Of a DNA stretch of 33,964 bases, positions 1-7,606 are shown in pieces. Each line of letters starts with the position of its first letter. The first letter of the stretch is position 1. Source of the stretch: a virus (Duplodnaviria; Caudoviricetes); IMG/VR virus record IMGVR_UViG_3300037462_000204, positions 1-33,964 of that record; one strand, 5' to 3'. The notes beneath the pieces were generated by a model that saw nothing but the letters and a program-made list of their open reading frames with translations, had not been told where the DNA came from and did no database searches. Made by a program: the position numbers and the translations under genes.

Positions 1-751
1 TGGTCGCGCCGTCGGTCGCGGCGTAGGTCGCGGCTCTGGTCGCGGCTCTGGTCGCGCCGTCGGTCGCGGCGTAGGTCGCGGCGTCGGTCGCGGCGGCGGT
101 CGCGCCGTAGGTCGCGGCGGCGGTCGCGGCGGCGGTCGCGCCGTCGGTCGCGGCGGCGGTCGCGGCTCTGGTCGCGGCGTAGGTCGCGCCGTCGGTCGCG
201 GCTCTGGTCGCGGCTCTGGTCGCGGCTCTGGTCGCGCCGTCGGTCGCGGCGTAGGTCGCGGCTCTGGTCGCGGCTCTGGTCGCGCCGTCGGTCGCGGCGT
301 AGGTCGCGGCGTCGGTCGCGGCGGCGGTCGCGGCGTAGGTCGCGCCGTCGGTCGCGGCTCTGGTCGCGGCTCTGGTCGCGGCTCTGGTCGCGCCGTCGGT
401 CGCGGCGTAGGTCGCGGCTCTGGTCGCGGCTCTGGTCGCGCCGTCGGTCGCGGCGTAGGTCGCGGCGTCGGTCGCGGCGGCGGAGCCTGTCTTTCTCACA
501 TGCCATATCGCCGCGCTCGCGCCATACGCGAACGCCATGACGAGCGGCGACGGGACGAGCACGACGCGAGGCGACGGGAGATTCGCCGCAGCGTAAAGCC
601 GCCGGATCGCGTCGCCGATTTTCTCCGGGTCGGCTGGCTCCGTCCGATACGCCGTCGCAATCCAAGAGCGGACAATCTCGTCCATGCGGGCGCGCTCTGC
701 GTCGGTGATGCCGCCGTGCGCCGTCGTCGGGGTGCGGACGATCTTGCTCAC
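1..751 (-). CDS. DUF6745-like protein with AATx tetrapeptide repeats (3' end outside window)
   Basis: Not in the ORF track because no stop lies in the window. GTG at 751 overlaps the recT stop (GTGA). Reads MSKIVRTPTTAHGGITDAERARMDEIVRSWIATAYRTEPADPEKIGDAIRRLYAAANLPSPRVVLVPSPL..., then (A/G)AT(D/Y/R/A) repeats. The TEPAD...LY..A.L..P.VV.V.SP N-terminus plus a 4-residue repeat resembles phage DUF6745 proteins. Confidence 0.7.
   Translation of the reverse strand, partial: MSKIVRTPTTAHGGITDAERARMDEIVRSWIATAYRTEPADPEKIGDAIRRLYAAANLPSPRVVLVPSPLVMAFAYGASAAIWHVRKTGSAAATDAATYAATDGATRAATRAATYAATDGATRAATRAATRAATDGATYAATAAATDAATYAATDGATRAATRAATYAATDGATRAATRAATRAATDGATYAATRAATAAATDGATAAATAAATYGATAAATDAATYAATDGATRAATRAATYAATDGAT
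2..481. repeat. 12-bp tandem repeat, 40 units (GGTCGC + variable hexamer)
   Basis: Units are GGTCGC-(GCCGTC/GGCGTA/GGCTCT/GGCGTC/GGCGGC/GCCGTA). In frame on the minus strand. 170-325 and 326-481 are identical 156-bp blocks. Confidence 0.95.
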
Positions 752-1917
752 GGCCGCACCCCCGCCGCCTTGAGCCGCGCGACGGCCTCCGGGTACGCGC
801 GCAGGGCGGCGATCTGCGGCTCCCACATCTCGAGCGCGGCGTTGATCGCGGCGTCATCGCCGTTGGTGTCGGCGAGGTCGTTCTCAATGCGGGAGAGCGC
901 CGACTCCATCTCCTCGGGGAGACCGGCCGGGGCGATCTGGGGCTTCGCAGCGGCGGGCTTGGCGGCCGTCTGCGCGGTGGTGGCGACGCGCTCCTGCTGG
1001 CGCGGCTGGACCCGCTCCATGGGCATCTCGCGCTTGTCCTCGACCTGGGCGGGGCCCGTCACCTCGCCAGTCTCGGGGTCCACTACGTCGCCCTCGGGGA
1101 TGACAGGATCGCTCGCGCCTTCGATCACAGGCGCCTCGCCCATGGTCGGGTTCAGAGCGAAGGCGCTATAGTCGGCCTGCTTCTCGTCCAGATCGAGACC
1201 GCGCAGAAGTTCGACGGACAGAGGCATCTCTCCACTGTTCGCCATGCGCCGCACCGCGGTCTTGGCGGCCATCCGGTCCTCGTGGACGGTCCACGGCGAT
1301 TCCGCGGTCTTGTTGAACCGCACCGCGGTTTTCCAGCCCTGCGACTGGTCGCGCGTCTTGATGATCTCAGCCCACGGCAGGACCACGAACGCCTCGCCGT
1401 CCCGCAGCTTCACATGGCAGTAGGCGTGGGTCTTTTCGCCTTGGCGCGGCCCAGGCTTATGGCGCAGATGGGTGTCGGACCCATACTCGTAGGACCAGAA
1501 CTCGTCGTCGCTGTAGACGACATCGGCATGGATCGCGACGATCTGGCCGGAGCGCCGCGCCAGATCCATGAAGCCCTTGTAGCCGACGACCAACTGGACC
1601 TCGACCACGTTCTTTCGGCGGTTCTCGAATGGGATCAGGTAGGCGTGACCCAGCACCGTGTTCGGCTCCAGCCCGAGCGAGGCGGTCGTCATGAGCGCGC
1701 CGAGCAGGGACATGGGCTCGCACTCGCCGAGCTTCGGCGTGGTGCGCAGCGCGTTCGCCATGAGGCGCATCATGCGCTCGGGCTTCAGGTGCTTCGCGGC
1801 GACTTGGGCGAGCTGATCGCGCGCCTGATCGTTCATCAGCAACTCGCGCACGCTGGCGCACTGGCGCAGCGGCTGGGTCTTGACCACGGCGAGCGGCTTG
1901 GGGGCGGGGGCGTTCAT
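748..1917 (-). CDS. recT: RecT/Redbeta family single-strand annealing recombinase
   Basis: True start MNAPAPKP at 1917 overlaps the upstream stop (ATGA). Motifs SLLGALMTTASLGLEP, GHAYLIPF, VQLVVGYKG..DLARRSG, SPW..HEDRMAAKTAVRR. Confidence 0.93.
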   Translation of the reverse strand: MNAPAPKPLAVVKTQPLRQCASVRELLMNDQARDQLAQVAAKHLKPERMMRLMANALRTTPKLGECEPMSLLGALMTTASLGLEPNTVLGHAYLIPFENRRKNVVEVQLVVGYKGFMDLARRSGQIVAIHADVVYSDDEFWSYEYGSDTHLRHKPGPRQGEKTHAYCHVKLRDGEAFVVLPWAEIIKTRDQSQGWKTAVRFNKTAESPWTVHEDRMAAKTAVRRMANSGEMPLSVELLRGLDLDEKQADYSAFALNPTMGEAPVIEGASDPVIPEGDVVDPETGEVTGPAQVEDKREMPMERVQPRQQERVATTAQTAAKPAAAKPQIAPAGLPEEMESALSRIENDLADTNGDDAAINAALEMWEPQIAALRAYPEAVARLKAAGVRP

Positions 1918-2132
1918 GCCGCGCTCTCCTCGTCGCGCACGATTCGCAGGATCGGCTTGGTCGCGAACTCGGGGGCGTCGAAGCCGACGCTCATGACCTC
2001 GACGCGGGCGACGCCGCGCGCGGTCTCGACTTCGGCGGTGTCGCCGGGCCGAACCTCCACGCCCTCGGCGTGGTAGGTGTAGGTGCGGGGCGACCCGGCG
2101 AACCGGGCCGACAGATAGACCTTGGCGTTCAT
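1914..2132 (-). CDS. small hypothetical protein (72 aa)
   Basis: ATGA-coupled on both sides. YTY...V.PGD.A.V.T.RG pattern seen in small phage beta-proteins. Confidence 0.8.
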   Translation of the reverse strand: MNAKVYLSARFAGSPRTYTYHAEGVEVRPGDTAEVETARGVARVEVMSVGFDAPEFATKPILRIVRDEESAA

Positions 2133-2869
2133 GCGACCTCCTTGCGTTCCACGACGACGACGCCGGGAATCTCGATGGCGCCCTTGGCGGCGCGAATTTC
2201 TGCGGTAGCGAGGCGCTGGAGCACTTCAAGCACCTCGGGGCGGTCCCGGTAGCGGTTGAATACGAGCGGGAGGCTCTTGATCTCCGCGTCGTAGTAGGTG
2301 CGGTAGGCGACCGTGCGGCCGGCGCCGGTGGCCGAGCCGATGCGGACGGGCGTCGCGGCGACGGCCTGCTTCGCCTCCTTGGCGGCGTCCTGCGCCTGCT
2401 GTTCCGCCTGCGCGGCGGCCAGCATGTCGCCGCGGGCCTGCGCCATGGCGGCTTCGCGCGCTGCGGCTGCGGCGGCTTCATCGGCGAGGCGCTTCGCCTC
2501 CGCCATGGCGGCCTTGCGGCGCGCGTCCTCGGCGTCCGCGAACGCCTTGAGCTTCGCCTTCATGTCGTTGGCGATCTTCTCAAGCGTGTCGAGCAGCGGC
2601 GTGAAGGCCTTCTGGACCTTCTTCCCGGCCTCGTCGTGCGGCTTCTTCTGCTCGGCGCGCGCCTCGTCCACGACCTTCCACAGCTTGCGGACGCCGTTCA
2701 GGAAGTCGCCAGCCTTCTCGGCGGTCGGCTGGTCCTCGATGGCGACAGGCTTCCACTTCGCGGCGGCTTCCTGTGCCTTGAGAACGCGGTCCAGCGCGCC
2801 TTGCAGCGCCTCGGGGTCGTAGGGGGGCGGATTGTTGTCGCCCACCCCGCGCGGGGCTTCTTCGGTCAT
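2129..2869 (-). CDS. Ala-rich coiled-coil phage protein (GDNNPP N-terminus)
   Basis: Start MTEEAPRGVGDNNPP at 2869 is coupled to the upstream stop. C-terminal IPGV motif is typical of RecT-neighbour proteins. Confidence 0.8.
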   Translation of the reverse strand: MTEEAPRGVGDNNPPPYDPEALQGALDRVLKAQEAAAKWKPVAIEDQPTAEKAGDFLNGVRKLWKVVDEARAEQKKPHDEAGKKVQKAFTPLLDTLEKIANDMKAKLKAFADAEDARRKAAMAEAKRLADEAAAAAAREAAMAQARGDMLAAAQAEQQAQDAAKEAKQAVAATPVRIGSATGAGRTVAYRTYYDAEIKSLPLVFNRYRDRPEVLEVLQRLATAEIRAAKGAIEIPGVVVVERKEVA

Positions 2870-3291
2870 GGCGTGATGAACTCCTCGGAAAGGTCGATGC
2901 GGGCGTGGGTGGCGCGCAGGGCGTCGCCCATGCGATCGTTGCGGGCGCGGTCGGCGGTCATGACGATCCATGCCGCTTCGGTGATCGGCTGCATCCAAAG
3001 CCAGATCCGCTCGATGCGGCTCAGGCTGGCGGGCGCGCCGCCGATCTCGGCGCACAGGGCCTCGGGCTCGGTGAGTTCGCCCGTCTCGGGATCGGTCTGC
3101 TGCCGCATCCAGATGAGGACAGGGACCGTTGGCCCACCCTTGCGCAGGACGGTGCGATACCAGCCGGGCTCCACGTCCTCGTCGTGGCGCTGGGCGAGAT
3201 GGCGCAGCGCCGCCGGATCGGTGACGGCGCCGCCCATGGCGCGCGTGTGGAAAGCGTAGAGCACGGCCTCGGGCGTCGGCTGGCGTATCAC
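2866..3291 (-). CDS. hypothetical phage protein (141 aa)
   Basis: Coupled overlaps on both sides. PGWYR..LRKGGP.VPV.IW motif. Confidence 0.75.
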   Translation of the reverse strand: MIRQPTPEAVLYAFHTRAMGGAVTDPAALRHLAQRHDEDVEPGWYRTVLRKGGPTVPVLIWMRQQTDPETGELTEPEALCAEIGGAPASLSRIERIWLWMQPITEAAWIVMTADRARNDRMGDALRATHARIDLSEEFITP

Positions 3292-3536
3292 AGCGCGCGC
3301 TCCTTCGCCCGGCGGCTCATGTCGGCGGCGCGCGCCTCGCGGGCGCGCTCCTTGGCCATCTCGGCGGCTCGGAACCGCTCCAGCGCGTCGAGCGCGGCGG
3401 CCTTGCTGTCGGCGTCCACGAACAGAGGAAACCCGCGGAAGAAGCCGCGGTAGCGCGGGCCGTCGTAGCCCTCGGGTGGCGTCAGCAGCCCGTAGACCAT
3501 GGGCGCGGCGGTCGCGAGGCTGGGGGCGCGGCTCAT
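3288..3536 (-). CDS. hypothetical protein (82 aa)
   Basis: Start MSRAPSLATAAP with GGAGGG RBS and ATGA overlap. Confidence 0.65.
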   Translation of the reverse strand: MSRAPSLATAAPMVYGLLTPPEGYDGPRYRGFFRGFPLFVDADSKAAALDALERFRAAEMAKERAREARAADMSRRAKERAL

Positions 3537-3844
3537 GCCCGGCCCTCCGCCCTGACGGTCGCGGCGGCGTCCATCGCGAGGCTGGCGTCGCGCTCGGCGA
3601 GCAGTCCGTCGATGCGCTCCTCCATGAACCCCGCCATCGTGCGCACGATCTTGGCCGTCTTGGCGGGATCGCCGCCCGCGCTCATCGAGGCGACGGTGCA
3701 GAGCGCAGACCCGAACACGCTCATGACCTCGATTGCCGTCGCCTCGCGCTGCAAATGCTTCGCGGCGTGCTGCTGCGCGCTCGCGACCAGCCCGCCGACG
3801 ATGCACTCCATGTCAGCGGTGGTGAGGGTGCGATCCGCGCTCAT
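3533..3844 (-). CDS. hypothetical protein (103 aa)
   Basis: Start MSADRTL with GGTGG RBS and ATGA overlap. Confidence 0.65.
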   Translation of the reverse strand: MSADRTLTTADMECIVGGLVASAQQHAAKHLQREATAIEVMSVFGSALCTVASMSAGGDPAKTAKIVRTMAGFMEERIDGLLAERDASLAMDAAATVRAEGRA

Positions 3845-4083
3845 GCCGCCACCACCCCGCCGTGCTCGGCGATCTCGGTGGACTCGGCCCGCGGGATCGG
3901 GAGCACCGCCGCCATCTCGACCGGGACGGCGAGGGAGCCATGGCCGTGGGTCGGCCACGCCTCGCGCATCACCTTCTCGGCGTAGGCGGCGTCGTAGCGC
4001 CCGGCCTCGGCGACATCGGCCGTGTAGCCCGCGGCGTCGGGGCGCCACCAAAGGCGCTTGCCCAGCGAAAAGAGCAGGAACAT
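3841..4083 (-). CDS. hypothetical protein (80 aa), WWRP..AGYT..V.EAGRY motif
   Basis: GAGGAG RBS upstream of MFLLFSLG. Motif is common in small phage proteins. Confidence 0.75.
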   Translation of the reverse strand: MFLLFSLGKRLWWRPDAAGYTADVAEAGRYDAAYAEKVMREAWPTHGHGSLAVPVEMAAVLPIPRAESTEIAEHGGVVAA

Positions 4084-4094
4084 CGTCACTCTCC

Positions 4095-4187
4095 TCAGAA
4101 AAATGCGGGGATGGTGAACAGCGCCCAGACGAGCCCGATGAGGCACAGGGCGCCGAGCGCGTCGCCGAGGCGCCGCCAGACGCTCAC
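4095..4187 (-). CDS. 30-aa single-pass membrane peptide
   Basis: GTG start overlaps the upstream stop. MSVWRRLGDALGALCLIGLVWALFTIPAFF fills the gap between neighbouring genes. Confidence 0.55.
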   Translation of the reverse strand: MSVWRRLGDALGALCLIGLVWALFTIPAFF

Positions 4188-4519
4188 GACGACACCGGCG
4201 AGCGGTAGGACGGGGCGCGCGGGATGATCGAGGCGCGCCGGTTCGCGCGCGCCAGCAGCTCGGCGGCCATGTCGCGCAGACCGGCGAGGAACCGCGGGCT
4301 GTCCGCGGTCAGCAGCCCCTCATAGTCGGGGCTGGCGCTGCGCATGAGGCGCGCCGCGGCGCAGATCGAGCCGTCGCCCAGATCCGGGTGAGCTCGGCCG
4401 GTCTCCCGGCGGTAGGCGTCGGCCTCCGCGGCGGCGTCGCACAGGGCGGCGGCCGTCAGGCCCGGATGCGTGGCCAGCGTGCGCGCGCCGGCCAGCACAT
4501 CTTCGATGGTGGCTGTCAT
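4184..4519 (-). CDS. first leftward early gene, hypothetical (HPDLGDGS motif)
   Basis: GGAGGA RBS before MTATIEDV. Lies just downstream of the PL-like promoter. Confidence 0.75.
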   Translation of the reverse strand: MTATIEDVLAGARTLATHPGLTAAALCDAAAEADAYRRETGRAHPDLGDGSICAAARLMRSASPDYEGLLTADSPRFLAGLRDMAAELLARANRRASIIPRAPSYRSPVSS

Positions 4520-4559
4520 GGGGGCGTTCCTCCCGGCCGCGGGGTGCGGCTTGGGGAGG

Positions 4560-4611
4560 AAGTTACGCAAACCGTAAGTCTTGCGCAAGGGAGCCCATGC
4601 GGAAAACGTAA
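4560..4611 (-). promoter_or_regulatory. PL-like promoter with OL operators
   Basis: Minus-strand TTGCGC(4588-4583)-N17-TAACTT(4565-4560). Operator TTACGCAAACCGTAA at 4563-4577 and a degenerate copy ATGCGGAAAACGTAA at 4597-4611. Confidence 0.75.
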
Positions 4612-4743
4612 GGCGCGCGCGTTAACAGCCTCGGGGCATCCTGCGGCAAACCGGAGGGTGCATGAATTCTCGCTTGATCCAGATGGCTCTAGACTTGCCG
4701 CGCGACCGCCTGCCAGAGGCGATCCGCGCTCTTGCAGCGATGG

Positions 4744-5049
4744 TCAGTCGGCGCGCGGCGCCTTCGCCAGGCCCCGAAGCACTCGCGCCGCGGCGTCGTG
4801 ATCGGCCGGGTCCAGAGCCGCAATCAGACGAATCAGCGCCGCCCGCTGCGTAGCTTCGTCCCCAAGGTCGAACAACTCGGGCACGGTGACGCCTAGCGCC
4901 TCGGCGATACGGGCCAGGCGGTCGAAAGTCTTGCTCTGAAGCCCGGTCTCAATGCGCGAGATGCAAGCGCCTGACAGGCCGACCGCTTCGCCAAGCTGTT
5001 CCTGGGTAACGCCCAGCGATTCGCGGATTTGCGAGATGCGCATTTTCAT
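4744..5049 (-). CDS. cI: CI-like XRE helix-turn-helix repressor (101 aa, no peptidase domain)
   Basis: RISQIRESLGVTQEQLGEAVGLSGACISRIETG...LARIAEALGVTVPELF. Divergent from the cro-like gene. Confidence 0.85.
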   Translation of the reverse strand: MKMRISQIRESLGVTQEQLGEAVGLSGACISRIETGLQSKTFDRLARIAEALGVTVPELFDLGDEATQRAALIRLIAALDPADHDAAARVLRGLAKAPRAD

Positions 5050-5083
5050 GGCGCCATCATTGGGCACGCGCTGCGGCCGTCCA

Positions 5084-5141
5084 TGCTGCAAACCGTAGAT
5101 CGGTCCTTGCGCGGCTCTTACGGTTTCCGTAAGCTCCCGGC
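5084..5141 (+). promoter_or_regulatory. PR-like promoter with OR operators
   Basis: TTGCGC(5107-5112)-N17-TAAGCT(5130-5135). Palindrome CTTACGG-TTT-CCGTAAG at 5117-5133 and a degenerate copy TGCTGCAAACCGTAG at 5084-5098. Confidence 0.75.
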
Positions 5142-5357
5142 ATGACACTCGCACAGTATCTCGCACAGCACGGCCTCTCCCAAGCCGAGTTCGCCCGCCG
5201 GATCAGATACCCGGAGGCAACGGTTTCGCGCTGGGTCGCTGGCCGCATGGTTCCGCGTCGGCTCGCCATGCGCGAGATCGAAGCGGCGACAGGTGGCGCC
5301 GTCACCCCGGCGTCGTGGTTCCTCGATGCGCCCGCCTCGTCCGAGGCCAGCGCATGA
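5142..5357 (+). CDS. cro: Cro-like HTH protein
   Basis: MTLAQYLAQHGLSQAEFARRI...TVSRWVAG..P....IEAATGGAVT, a Cro/YdaS-like pattern. Divergent from cI. Confidence 0.88.
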   Translation: MTLAQYLAQHGLSQAEFARRIRYPEATVSRWVAGRMVPRRLAMREIEAATGGAVTPASWFLDAPASSEASA

Positions 5358-5574
5358 CTGCACCATGCCACGCCTCCCGCCGCGGCGGGGGCGAAAAGAC
5401 GCCTAACAACCGCTCATTCGGGGGACAACCTCGCGTAACGCGCGAAGTCCTCGCCATGAGACACGGGGCGCGCGCGTCGCCCCGTCCGAGGTCCGGTCTC
5501 ATCAACCGGACAGCCTGGGCGCTCCCCTGTCGCCCATGTCTTTCCTCCCGATGGCACTGCGGATCCATCCGCGC

Positions 5575-5615
5575 CCCCGGCCGTGGTTCTCACCGTCCCA
5601 CGGTCGGGGTTTTTT
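5575..5615 (+). terminator. intrinsic terminator (tR1-like)
   Basis: CCCCGGCCGTGG-loop-CCACGGTCGGGG followed by TTTTTT. Confidence 0.75.
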
Positions 5616-5628
5616 CTCAGGAGCACCC

Positions 5629-6471
5629 ATGAACGACATCCCTCCGGCCGACGCGCCGGACGGCGCCGCAGCGGCGCTGCACATCGACCCTGAGACCGGC
5701 GAGGTTCTGGCCGAGGCGCCGGCCGATGACGCCGATCTCCCGGCCTTCATCCTGCGCGCCAGCGAGTCGCTGGAGCGCGGCACGCTCGCGGGCGACGTGC
5801 GCGACGCGATGCTCGAATGGGTGAAGGCGTTGCGGAAGCCCTACGCCCAGATGAGCGAGAGCGAGCAGCGCACCGTCATTGCCAGCCTGGACATGGCCGC
5901 CCGGCGGCTCGTGCGCGGCGCGGTGCGCGTCGTCGCCGCCGAAGATCACCCCTTCGTGGAGATCGCGCTCGGGCAGGCGAGCGTGGAAGTCACGAAGGAC
6001 GGCAAGATCATCAAGGGCAAGTTCGGCGCGGCCTTCACGCCCGACAACCATGTGTTCTTCGGCGAGAACACCGGCGCCCGCGTCGTAATCGTGGGCGTCT
6101 CGGCGGCCGACTATCAGGGCGAGCGCGCCCCGGCGGTTCCCGACCCGGATCAGCCTGACCTTCCCATCGCCGAGGAGCGCCCGACCGCGCGCGAGATCGC
6201 CCCGGAGGCCGATGCTCCCGAGATGGAGCAGGACGGCGACGGCGAGGAGCCCGAGCAAGGCGACGCCTTCGAGAACGACCCCGACTGGAGCCCGTTCCCG
6301 GCGGCTGCGGAGACGGCCGAGGAAAAGCCCTCGTGGATGCCGCTGCGCGAGGGCGAGGAGCCCCGGCCGCGGCCCGGCGTGCCCTACGAGGAGGCCGGCG
6401 TCGTCCCGCCGCCCGACTTCGCCAGCGAGGCGCCGGCCTACACGCCGTCGCGCAAGCGGAAGGCGGGCTGA
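5629..6471 (+). CDS. conserved acidic phage early protein (280 aa)
   Basis: AGGAG RBS, start MNDIPPAD. Core TLAGDVRDAML..VK.L.KPY..MSE.EQ, followed by a Pro/Glu-rich tail. Confidence 0.8.
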   Translation: MNDIPPADAPDGAAAALHIDPETGEVLAEAPADDADLPAFILRASESLERGTLAGDVRDAMLEWVKALRKPYAQMSESEQRTVIASLDMAARRLVRGAVRVVAAEDHPFVEIALGQASVEVTKDGKIIKGKFGAAFTPDNHVFFGENTGARVVIVGVSAADYQGERAPAVPDPDQPDLPIAEERPTAREIAPEADAPEMEQDGDGEEPEQGDAFENDPDWSPFPAAAETAEEKPSWMPLREGEEPRPRPGVPYEEAGVVPPPDFASEAPAYTPSRKRKAG

Positions 6472-6473
6472 CG

Positions 6474-7091
6474 ATGGGCGCGGCGCTCGACCTTGCGGGA
6501 CAGAAGTTCGGCCGTCTGACCGCGATCGGTCGGGCGCCGACAGTGAACCGGCAGACGCGATGGCTCTGCCGCTGCGAGTGCGGCAGCGAGACGGCTGTCC
6601 ATACCGCCAGCTTAAGGGCTGGCCTCACTAGGTCTTGCGGCTGCCTCATGCGCGAGACTGCTCAGACCATCGGCGCAAGCAGGGCGACGCACGGAATGCG
6701 CGAGGCACCTGAATACTCGGTCTGGTGTGGGATCAAGAGGCGCTGTGAGAACCCTCGCGAGAAGTCGTTTCCGAACTATGGCGGGCGCGGCGTCGCATGC
6801 CGCTTCGAGTCGTTTTCTGAGTTCTTCGCCGAGATAGGCCCACGGCCGTCCAAGCGGCATCAGGTCGACAGGATTGACCCGAACGGGCATTACGAGCGCG
6901 GCAATGTCCGGTGGGTTCTGCCGTCAGCGCAGCAGCGAAACCGGCGCGATGCTCGCCTGATCACGCTGAACGGCGAGACCAAGCCCCTCAAGGATTGGTG
7001 CGAGGCTCTCAGCGTTCCTTACATCACCGCCTATCAGCGGATCGCGCGTCGCGGGTGGAGTGCTGAGCGGGCGTTGGGGGTCGGTCAATGA
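6474..7091 (+). CDS. HNH-type homing endonuclease-like protein
   Basis: DLAGQKFGRLT, WLCRCECG, SCGC, YGGRG, VDRIDPNGHYERGNVRW and QQRNRR motifs. Visibly lower GC than the flanks. Confidence 0.85.
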   Translation: MGAALDLAGQKFGRLTAIGRAPTVNRQTRWLCRCECGSETAVHTASLRAGLTRSCGCLMRETAQTIGASRATHGMREAPEYSVWCGIKRRCENPREKSFPNYGGRGVACRFESFSEFFAEIGPRPSKRHQVDRIDPNGHYERGNVRWVLPSAQQRNRRDARLITLNGETKPLKDWCEALSVPYITAYQRIARRGWSAERALGVGQ

Positions 7092-7606
7092 CCCTTGTTG
7101 CCGCCCTCGACCTGGGAACGGTCTGCGGCGTCGCCATCGGCGCGCCAAAGGGCAAGCCCGACTGGCACACCGTTAGACTGGGCAACGGCGAGCCGCGCGA
7201 ACGGTTCGGGCAGGTGTTCCGTCTGGTCTCCGACTTGGTGGCGCAGCGAGGCGTCACCGAGATCGTGATTGAGGCGCCGCTCATCATCGCCAACCGCGTG
7301 GCTTCGACGGACGCTCTGCGCTTCTTGGTCGGCGCGACAGGCGTCGCCCACGCGGCGGCGCACATCGCGGGCGTGCCGTCAGGTGAGATCGCCGTCGCCA
7401 CCGTCCGCAAGCACTTCCTCGGCTACGCCCCGCGCGGCCGGGATGTGGCCAAGAAGGCCGTGATCGACCGCTGCAAGCTGCTCGGCTGGGCCGCCGACAC
7501 GGCAGATGCCGCCGACGCGCTCGCGCTCCTCGACTGCCGTCTGGCGCAGCTATCCGCCCATCACGTCGCCCAGCGGCCGGCGCGCATGTTCACGAGGCAG
7601 GCATGA
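7088..7606 (+). CDS. RuvC-like Holliday junction resolvase
   Basis: ALDLGTVCGVA, IVIEAP and DAADALA acidic motifs. Confidence 0.75.
   Translation: MTLVAALDLGTVCGVAIGAPKGKPDWHTVRLGNGEPRERFGQVFRLVSDLVAQRGVTEIVIEAPLIIANRVASTDALRFLVGATGVAHAAAHIAGVPSGEIAVATVRKHFLGYAPRGRDVAKKAVIDRCKLLGWAADTADAADALALLDCRLAQLSAHHVAQRPARMFTRQA

Noticed and set aside
2-481. 12-bp array as a CRISPR or guide-RNA array
   Set aside because: The variable part is only 6 bp drawn from six variants, the array is in frame within a CDS, and no cas-like genes are present.
1918-2481. Extended 577-aa RecT from the ORF track
   Set aside because: It overlaps two coupled upstream genes, and homology-like sequence starts at the ATG at 1917.
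4621-4640. GTTAAC as a CtrA box near PL
   Set aside because: Only one TTAA half-site is present, with no TTAA-N7-TTAA.
5360-5620. tRNA in the post-cro structured region
   Set aside because: No T-loop GTTCGA, D-loop or acceptor stem/CCA could be found.
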